From positions 23,438,001 through 23,502,000 of the forward strand of contig CM059433.1 of NCBI GenBank assembly GCA_030390025.1: a DNA stretch of 64,000 bases. Direction: 5' to 3'. Origin of the DNA: Squalus acanthias (lineage: Eukaryota). This document shows, in pieces, positions 11,739-25,259 of this stretch. Made by a program: the position numbers and the translations under genes. The notes beneath the pieces are model-generated. The model saw only the letters and a program-made list of their open reading frames with translations, ran no database searches and was not told the origin of the DNA. Each line of letters begins with the position of its first letter. Position 1 is the first letter of the stretch.

Positions 11739-13094
11739 TTCAGTTCTGTAGTAAAGTGGTGCTGTCTTACAAAAATAAAACAAGAGAGTTGCAGCAGTTT
11801 CTGTTTCCAGATCCACCGTAATGCCTGAGTGTACAGGTATTGTTAAGCAGCACACAGCATCCCACAAATGTTTATCAAATCTTCTTAGGAATACTGAAAG
11901 GCACTGACTGACCTATGGAGACATTGGAAAAACATTTTCAACATACAAAACATTTAATACTGCTACGTGTAGATCTGTGCGATTTGTTAGACCTGCTCTC
12001 TGTTTTCCAGGATTAAATCGGGGAGTCATAAATCAGGTTTGGAGGCCGCCAGCCACTGTCACCCTTAAGCCATCCTCGAACGCTTTCATCCATCTCAAAT
12101 ACGGAAGAGTTAGACAGAATAAAGAAACCACGCATGAACTCCCAGTAATTTTGCGATAATTGAATTATGACATTTTTTGGAATTTTCCTATTTAGGTGGA
12201 TGTGGATTTGTGGAAAAATGCATTTATGGTATCTTGATACAAAAGCATCTAGGATCTGTGGAAATCCAGAACAACAGCCATAAAACTGCTACTGATTTTC
12301 TGGCTTTATCTAAAAGCAAGCTATTAACCTAAACACAGCTGCAATGTCATATAGAAAACATTTTACAGCTGTTAGGGTCTGAAAACACACCCAGCTTAAA
12401 ATCAACTTCATTTAAGGATTAAACCTGAAGAGTTATAAAATCGGTGGTACAGAAGTGGGTTAACTAAAGTTACATTGCTATACATATTTTATCAAGAGTT
12501 CTTGTGGCGAATCTAGGATGCATAAATTGTATGAAAAAAATATGAGTAATGAGGACATGAACAAGTGGCTCGAGGAAGATGCTTTCATTGCTCCCAGCAT
12601 AAGCGTTACCATGACAAGAAACCTTAATGTTTCCTCCCTCTTCAAGCACTATGTAATCAAAATGTACAATGGTTTCATAAAATATATATGTGAATGTCAA
12701 CTCAAGTAAATGCAGATCATTTTGTTTTGTTTCCTCTTTATCAAATTTTGGGTGTTGGCTCATTGCCTGTGTACAATTCCATGGCTGCCAAGTGGCATTT
12801 GATGGTTAGTGTTGGCATGTCATCTACCTGTGAGGGCATCATAACCAAACGCTCATTATGTCTCCACGCAATGCCCACTAGCACGCACTTCCATCAGGTT
12901 TGCTGGAGAGCATTCAGGAAAGGGAACCTTGGCTGATTTTTTCTCCCTAACTCAGGGGCAGTGAATAGAATTGTAGCAGCCCTACCTCTTTGTCTAGCTA
13001 AGACCAGTTAGCTCAGCATCGACTAGCAATCAAATAAATACAGTGTTACTGAGAACTGCTACTCAGTACAAATTAAGCATTGAAAAGGCGTTGC

Positions 13095-13332
13095 CAGACC
13101 GGGAGCCAATGTAGGTGAGCCAGCACAGAGGTCATGGGTGAATGGGAGTTGGTACGAGTTAGGTCACGGGCAGCAGAGTTTTCGATGAGTTCAAGTTTAT
13201 ATAGGGTGGAAGTTGGGAGGCCGGCCAAGAGAGTGCTGGAATAGTCAAGTCCAGAGGTATCTAAGGCATGGATGAGGGTTTCAGCAGCAGATGTGTTGAG
13301 GCAGATGTGGAGACAGACAATGTTACGGAGGT
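13095..13332 (-). mobile_element. L2 LINE fragment
   Basis: Reverse strand reads as the L2 ORF2 C-terminal region (TLIHALDTSGLDYSSTLLAGLP). Related to 35490-35685. Confidence 0.65.
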
Positions 13333-13369
13333 GTTTGTTTGCAGTCCCTTATATCCTTTATACCCTTCG

Positions 13370-14130
13370 TTTGCAGTCCCTTATCCAAATTTTTTATCCA
13401 TCTTTCCATTTCCCCAACCCCCATCCCCGTCTGTTGTATGAGACCTAATTATCTGGCACAATTCCTCGTGGTTTACTTTATGAAATGCCTTTTAGAAATC
13501 TAAGTAGATGATGGCTATTGGATCTGTTTGATCCATCTTTCTAATCAGCTCTTCAAAAACTGGATCAAATTGCCAGACATAACCCAGCTTTCTGAAACTG
13601 TGTTTGGTATCCCTTTTATGTTCAAAATTCTCATTTATCGTATCTTATGATAATTTCCATTAACTTCCCCACTACAGAGATTCGCTGTTCTATGGTTCCC
13701 AGGATTTTACATTAATCCCTTTTGGATAAACTAACTACATCTGTTTTCCTCCACTCTGGCATAACCCTAGATCTTAGAGAGCTATTGCAAATATCTACCA
13801 GGGCATCAGATACACTCTCTGTCATTTTATTAAGCACCCTAGGCACTTTTCTCTCTAGCTAACACCACTTCCCTTGTGATTTGCAAGCAATCTATCTCGA
13901 TCTTAGTCCTGTTGGCTGGGCAAGATTCGCACAGTTAAAAGCAGATACAAAGTATCTGCTCAACGTTTCTGCTATGCTTTTGTCATCATTTATAATCAAA
14001 CCCAAATCACCCTGATATGTTTCCATTTCTTCCCTATCTGACCATTGACTCCCCAGATAAGAAAAAAAATATCTTGTCATAATACTATTTTCTACAACCC
14101 CCCTTCCTTCATTCATTTTAGCTTTTCTAA
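13370..14130 (-). mobile_element. Old, degraded CR1 RT fragment
   Basis: Remnant motifs such as IINDDKSIAETLSRYFVSAF and IYLDF.KAF on the minus strand. Confidence 0.6.
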
Positions 14131-14363
14131 AAGTTTTAAAACACGTTTTTTCTGAGGCCTATCAGTTCAGGGTTTCATTAGAAGATTATAGTTGCAGTTT
14201 ATTTCTGATGCTTCCAGTGTTTACGTAGAAGCACTACATATAATTGTTGGAGAATTTAAAACAATGTTGTCCTATACTAATGGGTCCAACTGTAGAGGTA
14301 AGTTTAAAGTGCAGATTTTCTTGGGTCGGAATATCAGAAAATCGGTCGGTTGGAACACGGACC

Positions 14364-15695
14364 TTTTTTCTTTTTCTTCATTCCTGTGATGTGGGCATCG
14401 CTGGCAAGGCCAGCATTTATTGCCCATCCCTAATTGCCATTGAGAAGGTAGAGGTGAGTCGCCTTCTTGAACCGCTGCAGTCCGTGAGGTAAAGGTACTC
14501 CCACATGCTGTTAGGGAAGGAGTTCTAGGGTTTTGACCCAGCAACGATGAAGGGCTTTATTTCCAAGTCAGGATGGTGTGTGACTTGGAGGGGAACTTGG
14601 AGGTGATGGTGTTCACATGCGCCTGCTGCCCTTGTCCTTCTAGGTGGTAGAGGTTGTGGGTTTGCGAGGTGCTGTCAAAGAAGCTTTTGCGAGTTGCTGC
14701 AGTGCATCTGTAGATGGTACACACTACAGCCACGGTGCGCCAGTGGTGGAGGGAGTGAATGTTTAAGGTAGTGGATGGGGTGCCAATCAAGTGGGCTGCT
14801 TTGTCCTGGATGGTGTCGAGCTTCTTGAGTGTTGGGAGCTGCACTCATCCAGGCAAGTGGAGAGTATTCTATCACACTCCTGACTTGTGCCTTGTAGATG
14901 GTGGAAAGGCGTTGGGGAGTCAGGAGGTGAGTCACTCGCCACAGAATACCCAGCCTCTGACCTGCTCTTGTAGCCACAGTATTTATGTGGCTGGTCCAGT
15001 TTAGTTTCTGGTCCATGGTGACCCCCCAGGATGTTGATGGTAGGGGATTCGGCAATGGTAATCCTTTTGAATGTCAAGGGGAGGTGGCTAGACTCTCTCT
15101 TATTGGAGATAGTCATTGCCTGGTACTTCTGTGGTGCAAATGTTACTTGTCACTTATCAGCCCAAGCCTGAATATTGTCCAGGTCTTGCTGCATGTAGGC
15201 ATGGACTGCTTCATTATCTGAGGAGTTGCGGGTGGAACTGAACACTGTGCAATCATCAGCGAACATCCCCATTTCTGACCTTATGATGGAGGGAAGGTCA
15301 TTGATGAAGCAGCTGAAGATGGTTGGGCCTAGGACACTGCCTTAGGAACTCCTGCAGCGATGTCCTGTGGCTGAGATGATTGGCCTCCAACAACCACAAC
15401 CATCTTCCTTTGTGCTAGGTATGACTCCAGCCAATGGAACGTATTCCCCTTGATTCCCATTGACTTCAGTTTTACTAGGGCTCCTTGATGCCACACTTGG
15501 TCACATGCTGCCTTGATGTCAAGGGCAGTCACTCTCACCTCACATCTGGAATTCAGCTCTTTTGTCCATGTTTGGACCAAGGCTGTAATGAGGTCTGGAG
15601 CCGAGTGGGCTTGGCGGAACCCAAACTGGGCATCAGTGAGCAGGTTATCGGCGGGTAAGTGCCACTTAATAGCGCTGTCGACAACACTTTCCATC
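14364..15695 (-). mobile_element. LINE (second CR1/L2-superfamily family), 3' 1.3 kb
   Basis: RT motifs QFGFRQAHSAPDLITALVQTW, VTALDIKAA.DQVWHQG, IYKAQVRSVIEYSPLAW. 3' tail GGCAATAAATGCTGGCCTTGCCAGCG. Confidence 0.9.
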
Positions 15696-15882
15696 TGTAA
15701 CCTGTAAAGGAACCTGGCCGATTTTCCGTCCATTAACTTATGATGTTTCATTTACGAGTTATGATACCTATATATTCAGTTGTGGTTTCTCACTGCCAAT
15801 ATAAAATTTGAGCCAATCAGGTGCAAATATGATACATATCGTATCTGACGTGTGATACCTGAAGTGCGATGGGCGAAAGATT

Positions 15883-16105
15883 CCTGGCCAACATTTATCC
15901 TCAATCAACATCATTAAAACAAATTAACTGGTCATTTAACTCATTGCTGTCTGTGGGACCTTGCTGTGCACATTTTGGCTACCGCAAACTTCAGTTGCCT
16001 AGATTATAATAGTGACTACACTTTAAAAGCACTTCATTGGCTATGACACACTTTAGGATGTCCTGAGGTTCAGAAAGGTGCTATATAAATGCAAGTTCTT
16101 TCTTT
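15883..16105 (+). mobile_element. Deu-domain SINE, 3' half
   Basis: CCTGGCCAACATTTATCC...CATTGCTGTCTGTGGGACCTTGCTGTGC core and GCTATATAAATGCAAGTTCTTTCTTT tail. Confidence 0.75.
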
Positions 16106-16114
16106 AGATATGTA

Positions 16115-16353
16115 GGGGAAAAATTGGGTAGATTTGTGCCTCTCGTTAGCACCCCGGGCGTGGCGCCACTAATGCCTCCCGCGAAATTCAGCAGTAGCTG
16201 GTAGCGACCCGTGGCGCTGCGCCGCCGGTAGCACCTTCCAGTAGCGCTCCATCTCCTGCTTGTGGCACTACCACTGAATTTCAGGCAGAGGGGCGCTAAT
16301 TTTTTGGGGGCGACATTAGCGCCCCAAAAGGAGCAACACCAAATTTTTCCCTC
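16115..16353. mobile_element. Short MITE
   Basis: Termini GGGGAAAAATT / AATTTTTCCCTC. TSD GTA (16112-16114, 16354-16356). Confidence 0.7.
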
Positions 16354-16628
16354 GTAAAGTTTTTTATGGCATTACTTGTGGATTTCCCATGGCATTACTC
16401 ATGGTGAGTTGCGGCATGTGCTGTTTTATAACAATTGGAATGTTATGTCGTGTAGCTCATGGTAAATTATTATCATAGCCTGTAATTTAAGGTGCCTAAA
16501 TGAGTCAAATTGCATGTTAATTACATGATATTCTGGGATTTTGATTAGTGTTTTGGGCAGGGGAGTGTACGAAAGGCTGATATTTAAAGATATTTAGTAG
16601 ATGAGAATCATATATGTATAACTTCAAG

Positions 16629-17612
16629 TGTAGCCATTGACCAAATAATATTACCCATAATTACTCCTGGGTAACTAAAAAGCTAAGACTGCAGTTGCAG
16701 ACAGTCAAAAGCAGTTGTGACTAAGTTTTGATAACAAACAGCCACAGACTGCAAGTGAAGGTCAAATTATTAAATTGCTAAGAAAAATATATTATAATGC
16801 TGAATAGAACTTAGAATTCGCTTAACAAAACTCATTGCAACAATATTTAAAGGATAATTAGAATAAATTCCAATAAGATGGGAGAGATCATGAAAGTTAA
16901 AGTATTTATCTGGTAGATTAAAGTGAGATAGTCTGGATACCTCAAGACAAGTGAGACAGCAGAGTGATATGGGCCCTTGGTATAAAGGCCTTGTACCAGG
17001 GAGACAATGAAATGAAAGAGATATGGTAAATTCCAATGGGGTGAAAAGCTATAAACAAGATAACATGACAGCGGAACAGAGTTAATGGAAATATATTGGA
17101 AAGGCGGGATGCTACCTTAACCTGAGTGACAATGGTATTTTGACCATTAGAACCAATTAAAAAAGGTGATTTTGTTAAAGACCATATATGGACACTGGCC
17201 AAACGAACTGTTGATAAGGAAAGGGTTAAAACCTCAATATTCAAAGAACAGCTTTACACAGAGATTTGCTGCGAAGGAAAGGAACAGACTTACGACGACA
17301 TTGCCTGTGTCTGAAGGGCTCCAGAGACCACGGGCTGCGAGCTATTCGTTTTACTATCGCCTAATGTTAAGTATTAATTACGCTGTAAGCTTAATAAATC
17401 TGATCTATTGCTCAAACATACTGGCTGCTGCCTATTTGTGTCTTGTCCAAGAACTCTGAGTGGTCACTTGACTGACTCACAGGAGGGAAATCAGTTGGTG
17501 AGTGGTCCCATTCTCTCTGCTCTGGTCCCTACTGATACCTGGATGTCCCTCTGGAAGTGACGGCAAATATTGGATATGCTTGCACATGTTTGGACGGGTG
17601 AAAGTAGGGACA
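16629..17612 (+). mobile_element. Possible solo LTR (about 1 kb)
   Basis: Starts TGTAG and ends ...GGGACA. TATA-like AAGGGTTAAAA at about 17221 and AATAAA at 17393-17398, in LTR order. No TSD found. Confidence 0.35.
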
Positions 17613-17616
17613 TGAA

Positions 17617-18897
17617 TAGGCCATTCAGCCCCTTGAGCCTGTTCCACCATTCAATTAGTTCATGGCTGATCTCTACCTCAACTCCATTATCCCACTTTTT
17701 TTCTATATCCCTTGATACCCTTACCTAATAAAAATATATCGATCTCAATCTTGAAAATTTCAATTGGCCCAGCATCTACAGTCTTTTGGGGAAGTGAGTT
17801 TCAAACTTTTACTGCCCTTTGTGTGAAGAAGTGCTTCCTGATTTCAGTCCTCAATGGCCTAGCTCTAATTTTAAGATTCTGCCCTCTTGTCCTGGATTCC
17901 TCCACCGGAGGAACTATTTTCTCTATATCCACCCTATTGGACCCCTTTATCATTTTAAAGACCTCAATTAGATCACCCCCTCCATCTTCTAAACTCGAGG
18001 CAATACAAGTTTATGCAGCCCGTCCTCATAATTTAACCCTTTAAGCCCTGATATCATTCTGGTGAATCTGCGCTGTGCGCCCTCCAAGACCAATATATGT
18101 TTCCTGAAGTTCGGTGCCCAGAACTCAATGCAGTACTCCAGATCTCTGACTGAAGCTCTGTATAACTGAAGCATCACTTCCTCACTTTTGAATTTCAAAA
18201 CCCTTGAGATAAAGTCCAACCTTCCATTAGTCTTTTTGATTACTTTTTGTACCTCTCCACTGCTTTTAGTGATTTGAGTACCCAGATCCCTTTGCTCCTC
18301 CACAGCTCCTCATCCCTCACTATTAAAAAAAATTCCCATTCGTCTTGCTCAGATCCAAAATAGATGACCTCGCACTTCCCCACATTGAATTCCATCTGCT
18401 GTAGTTTTGCCCACTCACTAATTCTGTCGATGTCCCTTTGTAGCTTCCTGCTCCCATCCACACAACTTACTGTGCTTCCTTAGTGTCATCTGCAAAGTTG
18501 GATGCGCAACTCTCTATTCCTTTGTCCAAGTCATTAATAAATATAGTGAATAGTTGAGGCCCCAGTTCCCCTTGGAACAGCACTTGTCTCATTTTGCCAA
18601 TCAGAACAAATCTTTTATTCCTACTCTCTGTCTCCTACCTCCCAACCAATTACCGATGATCCGTATCACAAGATTGCCTTTAATTTTGTGAGCTCTCATT
18701 TTTGCTAATAAGGCTTTGTGTGGAATCTTATCAAATGCCTTCTGGAAGTCCATACAAACATTCATTGACGCTCGCCTATCCACCATGCTAATGACTTCCT
18801 CAAAAAATTCAACTGAATTCAGACATGACCTGCCTTTCACAAGTCTATGCTGAGTCTCTTTGATCAACTGTTACTTGTCTGAGCACTCATTCATTTT
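17617..18897 (-). mobile_element. CR1 LINE fragment (continues at 23282-23336 beyond Harbinger B)
   Basis: ORFs 17989-18867 carry CR1 RT motifs (DFQKAFDKIPH, LQRDIDRISEWAK, LEYCIEFWAP). Confidence 0.9.
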
Positions 18898-19192
18898 GGC
18901 CGGAATTTTTACCCGCCGACGCACTGGCAGCGGGGGAGCCCTAGATCATGCGGGGAACCCGGAAGTTTCAGCGGCGCGTTTTGCCGTGGCTTTTTAACAA
19001 AGCCACTGCATTTGCATCTGACTTCCGGGTTTCCCGACCAATTAACGTGAGCGGGCATGATGACATCACGCATGGGTCCAATTCAGATCAGGTATTTAAA
19101 GGAGCAATGCAAAGATGACAGTTGAAGGTTGGTGGAGGTTGGAGAGACGTTGGTTTGGTGGGAGAGACATTGGTTTGGTGGGAGAACACAAA

Positions 19193-21006
19193 ATGCAGTC
19201 TCAGCGTACGAAAGCTGCCCCTCGATTCAGTGATGCCTCCCTGGAACTCCGGCTGCAAGGAGTGAGGGCCCGCAAGGACGTATTATTCCCTGCTGACAGG
19301 AGGAAGAAGCCAGCCTCAGACACCAAGAAGGTATGGCTGGAGATTGCGGCAGAGGTGAGCAGCAGGAGTGTGGTGGCGAGGTCCTGGATACAGTGCAGGA
19401 AGAGATTTAATGACCTCATGAGGTCAGGAAAGGTGAGTACAATGTCACATTCAACTACATCCTGATGTGCCTGTCACCCCAAACCCCTCACTCTGCCTTC
19501 CCAAGCCTACTCCTGCACATCACTTCTCACACCAAAGCATCTGGCAGGTACACCCATCCCTCTCTGTCTATGCACTTACTCACATTCCCATCTGACCATC
19601 CACCACTGACACTCACCCTCATCTTAATGCAATATAACACTTCTCCTTCATAGTCACCCTCTACAGATGTTGCCCATCTATCCATTCCACTCATTCCATA
19701 ACTCTCACTCAAAAGTCTTGTTTCCTTCCTTGCAAGAGAAGAAAACACAGAACACCCGGGGGAGGCAGAGAACTGGAGGTGGTCCTCCAGTCATAACCAC
19801 ACTGACTGCTCCAGAGGAGGAGGCACTCGAGATAACTGGAGTATCCGCATTGATGGCTGTGGGAGATGGAGAGACGGGGAGCTCCCAGCTACCTGGTGAC
19901 AGAATTAAATATCACACAGCCGCATGGCATACAACAGTCACTCATGTTGACTTGATATCAGCAGCCAGTCAAATATCATCATTTGCATAATGTTCACTTA
20001 AAACATTCTTATCATGACAGTTCTAATTCATGTCTTTACTCTCCCACAAGGCCCATCAAGTATCCAACAGCCAGTGGAGCCAGAGGAGGAAGAAGACTCC
20101 TCAGAGGAGGTCACTAACTCTGAGGGTGCAGCGTCACAGGACAGCATGAACACCAAGCACCAGCACAGCTACACACACATCAGAGGGACTATTAAGTCAG
20201 ATAGTAGTGTTGTCACCTGGTGTCTCACAGATCACATGTGAGCAAGAGCAGATGGTACAGACATGGACAGCAGTGGAGTGTCCTCATCGAAGGATGCAGG
20301 GCGCTCCAAGCTCTGCTCAACTGGAGATGCTGATCCTTGGGGGCCATCGACAAAGAGGATGATTCTGGAGGAGCAACAAAAAATGCTTGAGACTCTGACA
20401 GGTTTTCCAGCCGCGATGTGCTCGCTTGCAGGGAGAATGGAGGAGTCCATCTCAAGCATGACTGGCATGATGTCGCAGGCCATGGCTATGATGTGTTCGT
20501 CTGTGGAAAGGGTGGCCATCTGCATGGAGCATCAAATGTGTCATTCAAACAAGAGCATGCTTGCTCTCACCAACAGCTTGCACATTCTGAATGCCACCTA
20601 ACAAGGATGGATAAAAACCTAGACTTGGCCATTCATCGCCCCACTGATATGCAGCAAAGTGCTCTCCAGCTCATTGCTAGCAGGGAATTTCGGGTGGGCA
20701 CGAGAGGGATGATGGTGAAAAGGGCCATTGAAGTGGGGACTCCGCTCAAAGTGGACACTTCTCACCCATTGCCGCCCCTGCTCAGTCAGAGCCCCACATG
20801 CTGTCTCGTCTTCCGATGGCCGAGTCTGCCACTGCACAGGTGTCGGTGGAGCAGTCTTTGGTGGGGCCCTCACGGGCTCCAAAACCCAGAGGACATCAGC
20901 CAAAATATCTCAGCAGTCAGAGCAGGGAAGTGAGCAGCCTGCCTCTACCTCTGCTGAAGCCACAGGGGTTGCACGATGTAGAAATAGTAGGAAGAGGAAG
21001 ATGTAG
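19193..21006 (+). pseudogene. Harbinger Myb/SANT-like gene, three exons
   Basis: Exon 1 19193-19432 (RTKAAPRFSD...WLEIAAEV...RSWIQCRKRFNDL, donor AG|GTGAGT). Exon 2 about 19736-19895 (QRTGGGPP...LTAPEEEAL). Exon 3 from about 20050. Confidence 0.85.
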
Positions 21007-21287
21007 GTGCACAAGGATTCTAGATGCAAAAGGGTATGCACATGGGTGTGTTAGGCAATGTTGCACTGATGAGGTTATGTTAATATTTGGAGGAATATAA
21101 AATTATTTCTTTGCACCACTTTCCCGTCTTGCCCACTTTTGCTTGCTGCCTAGCAAGTGGCCTTGTCACTTCTAATGAATGGTAAGACATAACTTAACTG
21201 CGAGCAATGGGTGTCTGTGAAAGATTTGGTCATTATAGGACTGCTTTGTGGTTGTGGGGGGAAAGTGGGTTCAGCCTCTGGTGCAAC

Positions 21288-21588
21288 CTAACTAAATCGT
21301 GCCATTATGAGGCCATCCCAGACATCCCAGGCAACAATGTGTGCCACTGCTGGTGCCAAGTCCACACCAAGTTCCCCCTCCTCCTCCTCCTCCTCCTTCT
21401 CCTCCTCCTCCTTCTCCTCCTCTTCCTCCTCCTTCTCCTCCTCCTCCTCCTTCTCCTCCTCCTCCTTCTCCTCCTCTTCCTCCTCCTTCTCCTCCTCTTC
21501 CTCCTCCTTCTCCTCCTCCTCCTCCTCCTTCTCCTCCTCTTCCTCCTCCTCCTCCTCCTCCTTCTCCTCCTCTTCCCCCTCCTTCTCC

Positions 21589-21622
<34 letters not shown>

Positions 21623-22720
21623 TCTCCTCCTCTCCGAAGAGGCTCTGCACTCTACACCTTGCTCCTGCAGCAGCTTCAATCCTCGATGCTGCGCTATGTT
21701 GCGCAGAGCGCAGCATAGCATGATCATTCTGGAGAACCTGGCTGATGTGTATTGAGGGCTCCTCCAGCTCTGTCCAGGCATCTGAAGCCCATCTGCAGCA
21801 TCCCGATTGCTTGCACTATTACACATCTCGTCGTCATTTGGCTTTGATTGTAGTGCTCTTTGGCCACATTGCTTGGCCTCATCAAGGGTGTCATCAGCCA
21901 CTTCTTCAGTAAATATCCCTTGTCTCCAAGCAGCCAGCCAGTAAGTCTGGTCGGAGGTGCGAAGAGCTGGGGGAGGGTGGACTGGCGCAGGATGAAAGAG
22001 TCATGACAGCTCCCTGGGAATCTGGCACATACATGCATGATGATCATTTTGTGGTTGCAGACGAGCTGCACATTGATGGAATGGAAACCCTTACGGTTTA
22101 CGAACACTCCTGGATGATCTGGGGGTGCCATGATGGCCACATGTGTGCAGTCGATGATGCCCTGCACCTGTGGGAAGCCAGCCAGAGCTGCGAATCTGAG
22201 CACCCACTCATTCTGACTGGCTTCATCAGTGGCAAAGTGTGCATAACTGCCTGCCCTGAAAACATGGCACCGGTCACCTACATGATGCATTTGTGTGTGG
22301 CTGACTGAGAAATCCTGCAAATATCTCCTGCAGATCCCTGGAAGGAGTCTGAAGTGAAGAAGTTGAGGCCGGTGGTCACTTTAACAGCCACTGGTAATGC
22401 GTGTCCACCAGGTCCACTTGACAGCTGGTCTTCTTCCAGCGGGCTACAAATATCTGCCATGACGTAACGTGATAGCCTGAGCCTCCTGAGGCACTGGTGT
22501 TCAGTCTTGTCCAAGAAGCTGATCCTCTGCCTCTATACCCTGTGTTGGGGGTATCGCCTCCTGCGAGCTGTATCCCTGTGCTCATCCTCTCTCTCCTGTG
22601 GAGTGGCAGGTTAGTGAGGAGAAGGCTGCTGCTGCTCCTGCTGGTGCTGCTGGTATTGTTGCTGCTGGTGCTCATCTTGGTCCTCATCTGAGGTCCAAGG
22701 TGAAACAGCATGCTGATCTG
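21288..22720 (-). pseudogene. Harbinger (HARBI1-like) transposase, frameshifted
   Basis: Motifs [45 protein letters not shown]. Confidence 0.95.
21376..21631. repeat. (CCT/CTT)n microsatellite, poly-Glu tail of the transposase
   Basis: About 255 bp of CTC/TTC triplets. Confidence 0.98.
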
Positions 22721-22758
22721 ATATCTGACAGATGTAAAGTGGAGATCAGACACGCAAT

Positions 22759-22826
22759 CCTCCAATGTAGTGAGAGTGGCCTCCAATGTAGTGAGAGTGA
22801 CTTCCAGTGTATTGAGAGTGACCTCC
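22759..22826. repeat. 21-bp tandem repeat, about 3 copies
   Basis: Units of CCTCCAATGTAGTGAGAGTG(G/A). Confidence 0.85.
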
Positions 22827-24967
22827 AAAGCTGTAGAAATTACCTGCAAACTCCTGAAAGCAAACTCTCAGAACAAGTGGTGTGAACAAAAACCTTTCCC
22901 TTAAGCAAGGAAGCAGGCGCGAGGTCTCAGTACTTATCAGATTTTCTGACTCTCATTTGTTCAGCTCCCGCAATTGCCACTCTGCTCTCACCTTGCTTTC
23001 ACTGCCGAGGTTCAGGAAGCCCAGGAATCCCGTGCACACACAGTAAAACTTGAAACCCCAGGTAAAAAAGGCTCTTAATAGCCTCTTAACTAGCTCTAAG
23101 TTGCTTTAAATTGCTAACCCGCCTCTCCCAAGGAGATTTCTCGCTCGCAGCTGAACATGCTGCAGTTAAATGCGGAGGCCGACAGTTTGAAGCTGGCTTT
23201 CCAACACGCTGTCAATTTCAGCGCATTTAACTTCCCACCTGCTCCCAGAACCACCCATTCTTTCCTGTTAAAATTCCAGCCTATGTTTCTGATGATAGAT
23301 TCCAGTAACTTCCCCACAATTGGCATTAAACTGACATTCAAATGGAATGTTAATATTTCAATGCTGGATATTAGGAATGCCATCACATTCTAGTGTTCAA
23401 CCTCGGTAAAGAGGCGGAGGATTAAAAAATGTTTGCAGCCTCAAAGCGAAACAACTCAGAAGGATGCTTATGGAGGTACATAAGATACATAATGGGATAG
23501 TCAAAATCAACCCATAAGAATACTTTCAAACATGGGAGGAGAGCATGATGAGAGACACAGGTCCAGGATTATGAAGGACAAATTCAGGACAAATTTCAGC
23601 GAGTATTTCTGCACACTGAGAATGATCAAAAACTGCAATGAATTGCCAGGAATGTTCGTTGGGGCCAGGACACTGGATTCATTTAAGAACTAGCCAGATG
23701 CTGTAATGGAAAGACGGTAGAGTTGGTATTTCAAAAGGAGGAAATTAAATGGGTTGAAAGGCATTCTTCATCCAAACCTGTCCTGTCAGATTGAACAACA
23801 GCAGGAACACAATGCCAGTTTATTTGTTGTGTATAAAAATATTGAAAGGTTCATTTGGGGCAAAATAAGGTCCAGAACGTTACCAACAACTCTTGAGAAA
23901 TTACTTTTAAATAAGTTTTTAAAAATTCTAATATATATCCAAGAAGATATTTGAAGGCAGTATTGTCAAATGATGCATGAGGATTTAAGACAAGCTGGAG
24001 GTCAGATACTCTGGCTATATATGGTTCAAGGGACTGAATTGATGACAAAATTTTAGATGAATTGGAAGCAGGCCATTATTTGAATGTAGTGGAAAATGCA
24101 AGTCTGCGTAGGATCAATTGTTTTAATCTACCCACCTCATAAAATCCTGTCTGAATGGAAAATTAGTAATAATTCAAAACTGTTCCAATATGCAAACAGC
24201 TACATCTACATCATCTAGAATGAAACAAAACTCACAGATCTTTAGAGCGTGGAAACTCCTGCCTGCATAAGTGCCTACATCAGCAGGTTTTGTGCGTTGG
24301 GGACCGAGAAATAGATAGGCTTGTTCTCTGCTTGATCTGGATTATTGTTGAAATTCCTGGCCTAGTTGCTTGCTGGTCGTGTAGGAATTTCATGACCATT
24401 TCACTTCTGGTTATAAACGCTGGTTAATGCGGAAGTTTGTGATTTTTCTGTTTCACGCATAATGCTTATTTCAAATGGTCATGAAAGGGCAGTCAAATTC
24501 TCGAATGTCAGGAACAGTACCCTCAAAGCAGCACTATTCATTTATTTTTCCTACCACACATTTGTAAGTTACCGGGATTGCGTTTGATGCTCCTTTCTCA
24601 ACAGAATTAATGGACGAGAACAAAGAAAGGACCTCTATAATATCAGATGACATCAAAGGTGGACACCCCCCATGATGCCGCCAACCATCTCTATTGGTCC
24701 AGGCATAACTACCTGGCAATAATGGTGAAGAATTGCCTCATGGTTTAGCAGAAAAGCAGTTCAAGTTTTGGCATGTGCTTCAAGGAGACCTGCACCCAAT
24801 CATTACCCTTCCATTACCACTTGCTCCTCCTTATGCATGCACTATGACTGATCCATTGCCACTGCCTCAAGTTTACTACCTACATCCTTAGAGTGTGTAT
24901 AGATGTGCTGGTTATAGTGAGAATGAGGCAGGGATGCTGCAAGGTGCGGACTTGTTTGGGGCTACTG

Positions 24968-25255
24968 AATCATATCGAATCATTAAATGATACAGCCTGT
25001 GCCGGCTCTTTGAAAGAGCTGTCCAATTAGTCCCACTCACCTGCCCTTTCCCCATATCCCTGCATATTTTCCCCATTCAATTATGTATCCAATTCCTTTT
25101 TGAAAGTTACTATTGAACCTGCTTCCACCACCCTTTCAGGCAGCAAATTCCAGATCATAATAACTCGTTGTGTAAAAAAAACTCTCCTCATCTCACGTCA
25201 GGTTCTTTTGCCAATTACCTTAAATCTGTGTGCTCTGGTTACCGACCCTCCTACC
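24968..25255 (-). mobile_element. CR1 3' UTR fragment
   Basis: Reverse strand has CCTGAAAGGGTGGTGGAAGCAGGTTCAATAGTAACTTTCAAAAAGG and an ATTC-type tail. Confidence 0.8.
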
Positions 25256-25259
25256 ATTG

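Larger units (their letters stand above)
18898..23281. mobile_element. PIF/Harbinger DNA transposon copy B (near complete, decayed)
   Basis: TIRs GGCCGGAATTTT / AAAATTCCAGCC. Splits a CR1 fragment. Myb gene on plus, transposase on minus. Confidence 0.92.

Noticed and set aside
21207..21901. Long poly-Leu, poly-Ser, poly-Pro and poly-Arg ORFs (also 9117-9644, 63211-63704)
   Set aside because: Stop-free reading of triplet microsatellites in all frames.
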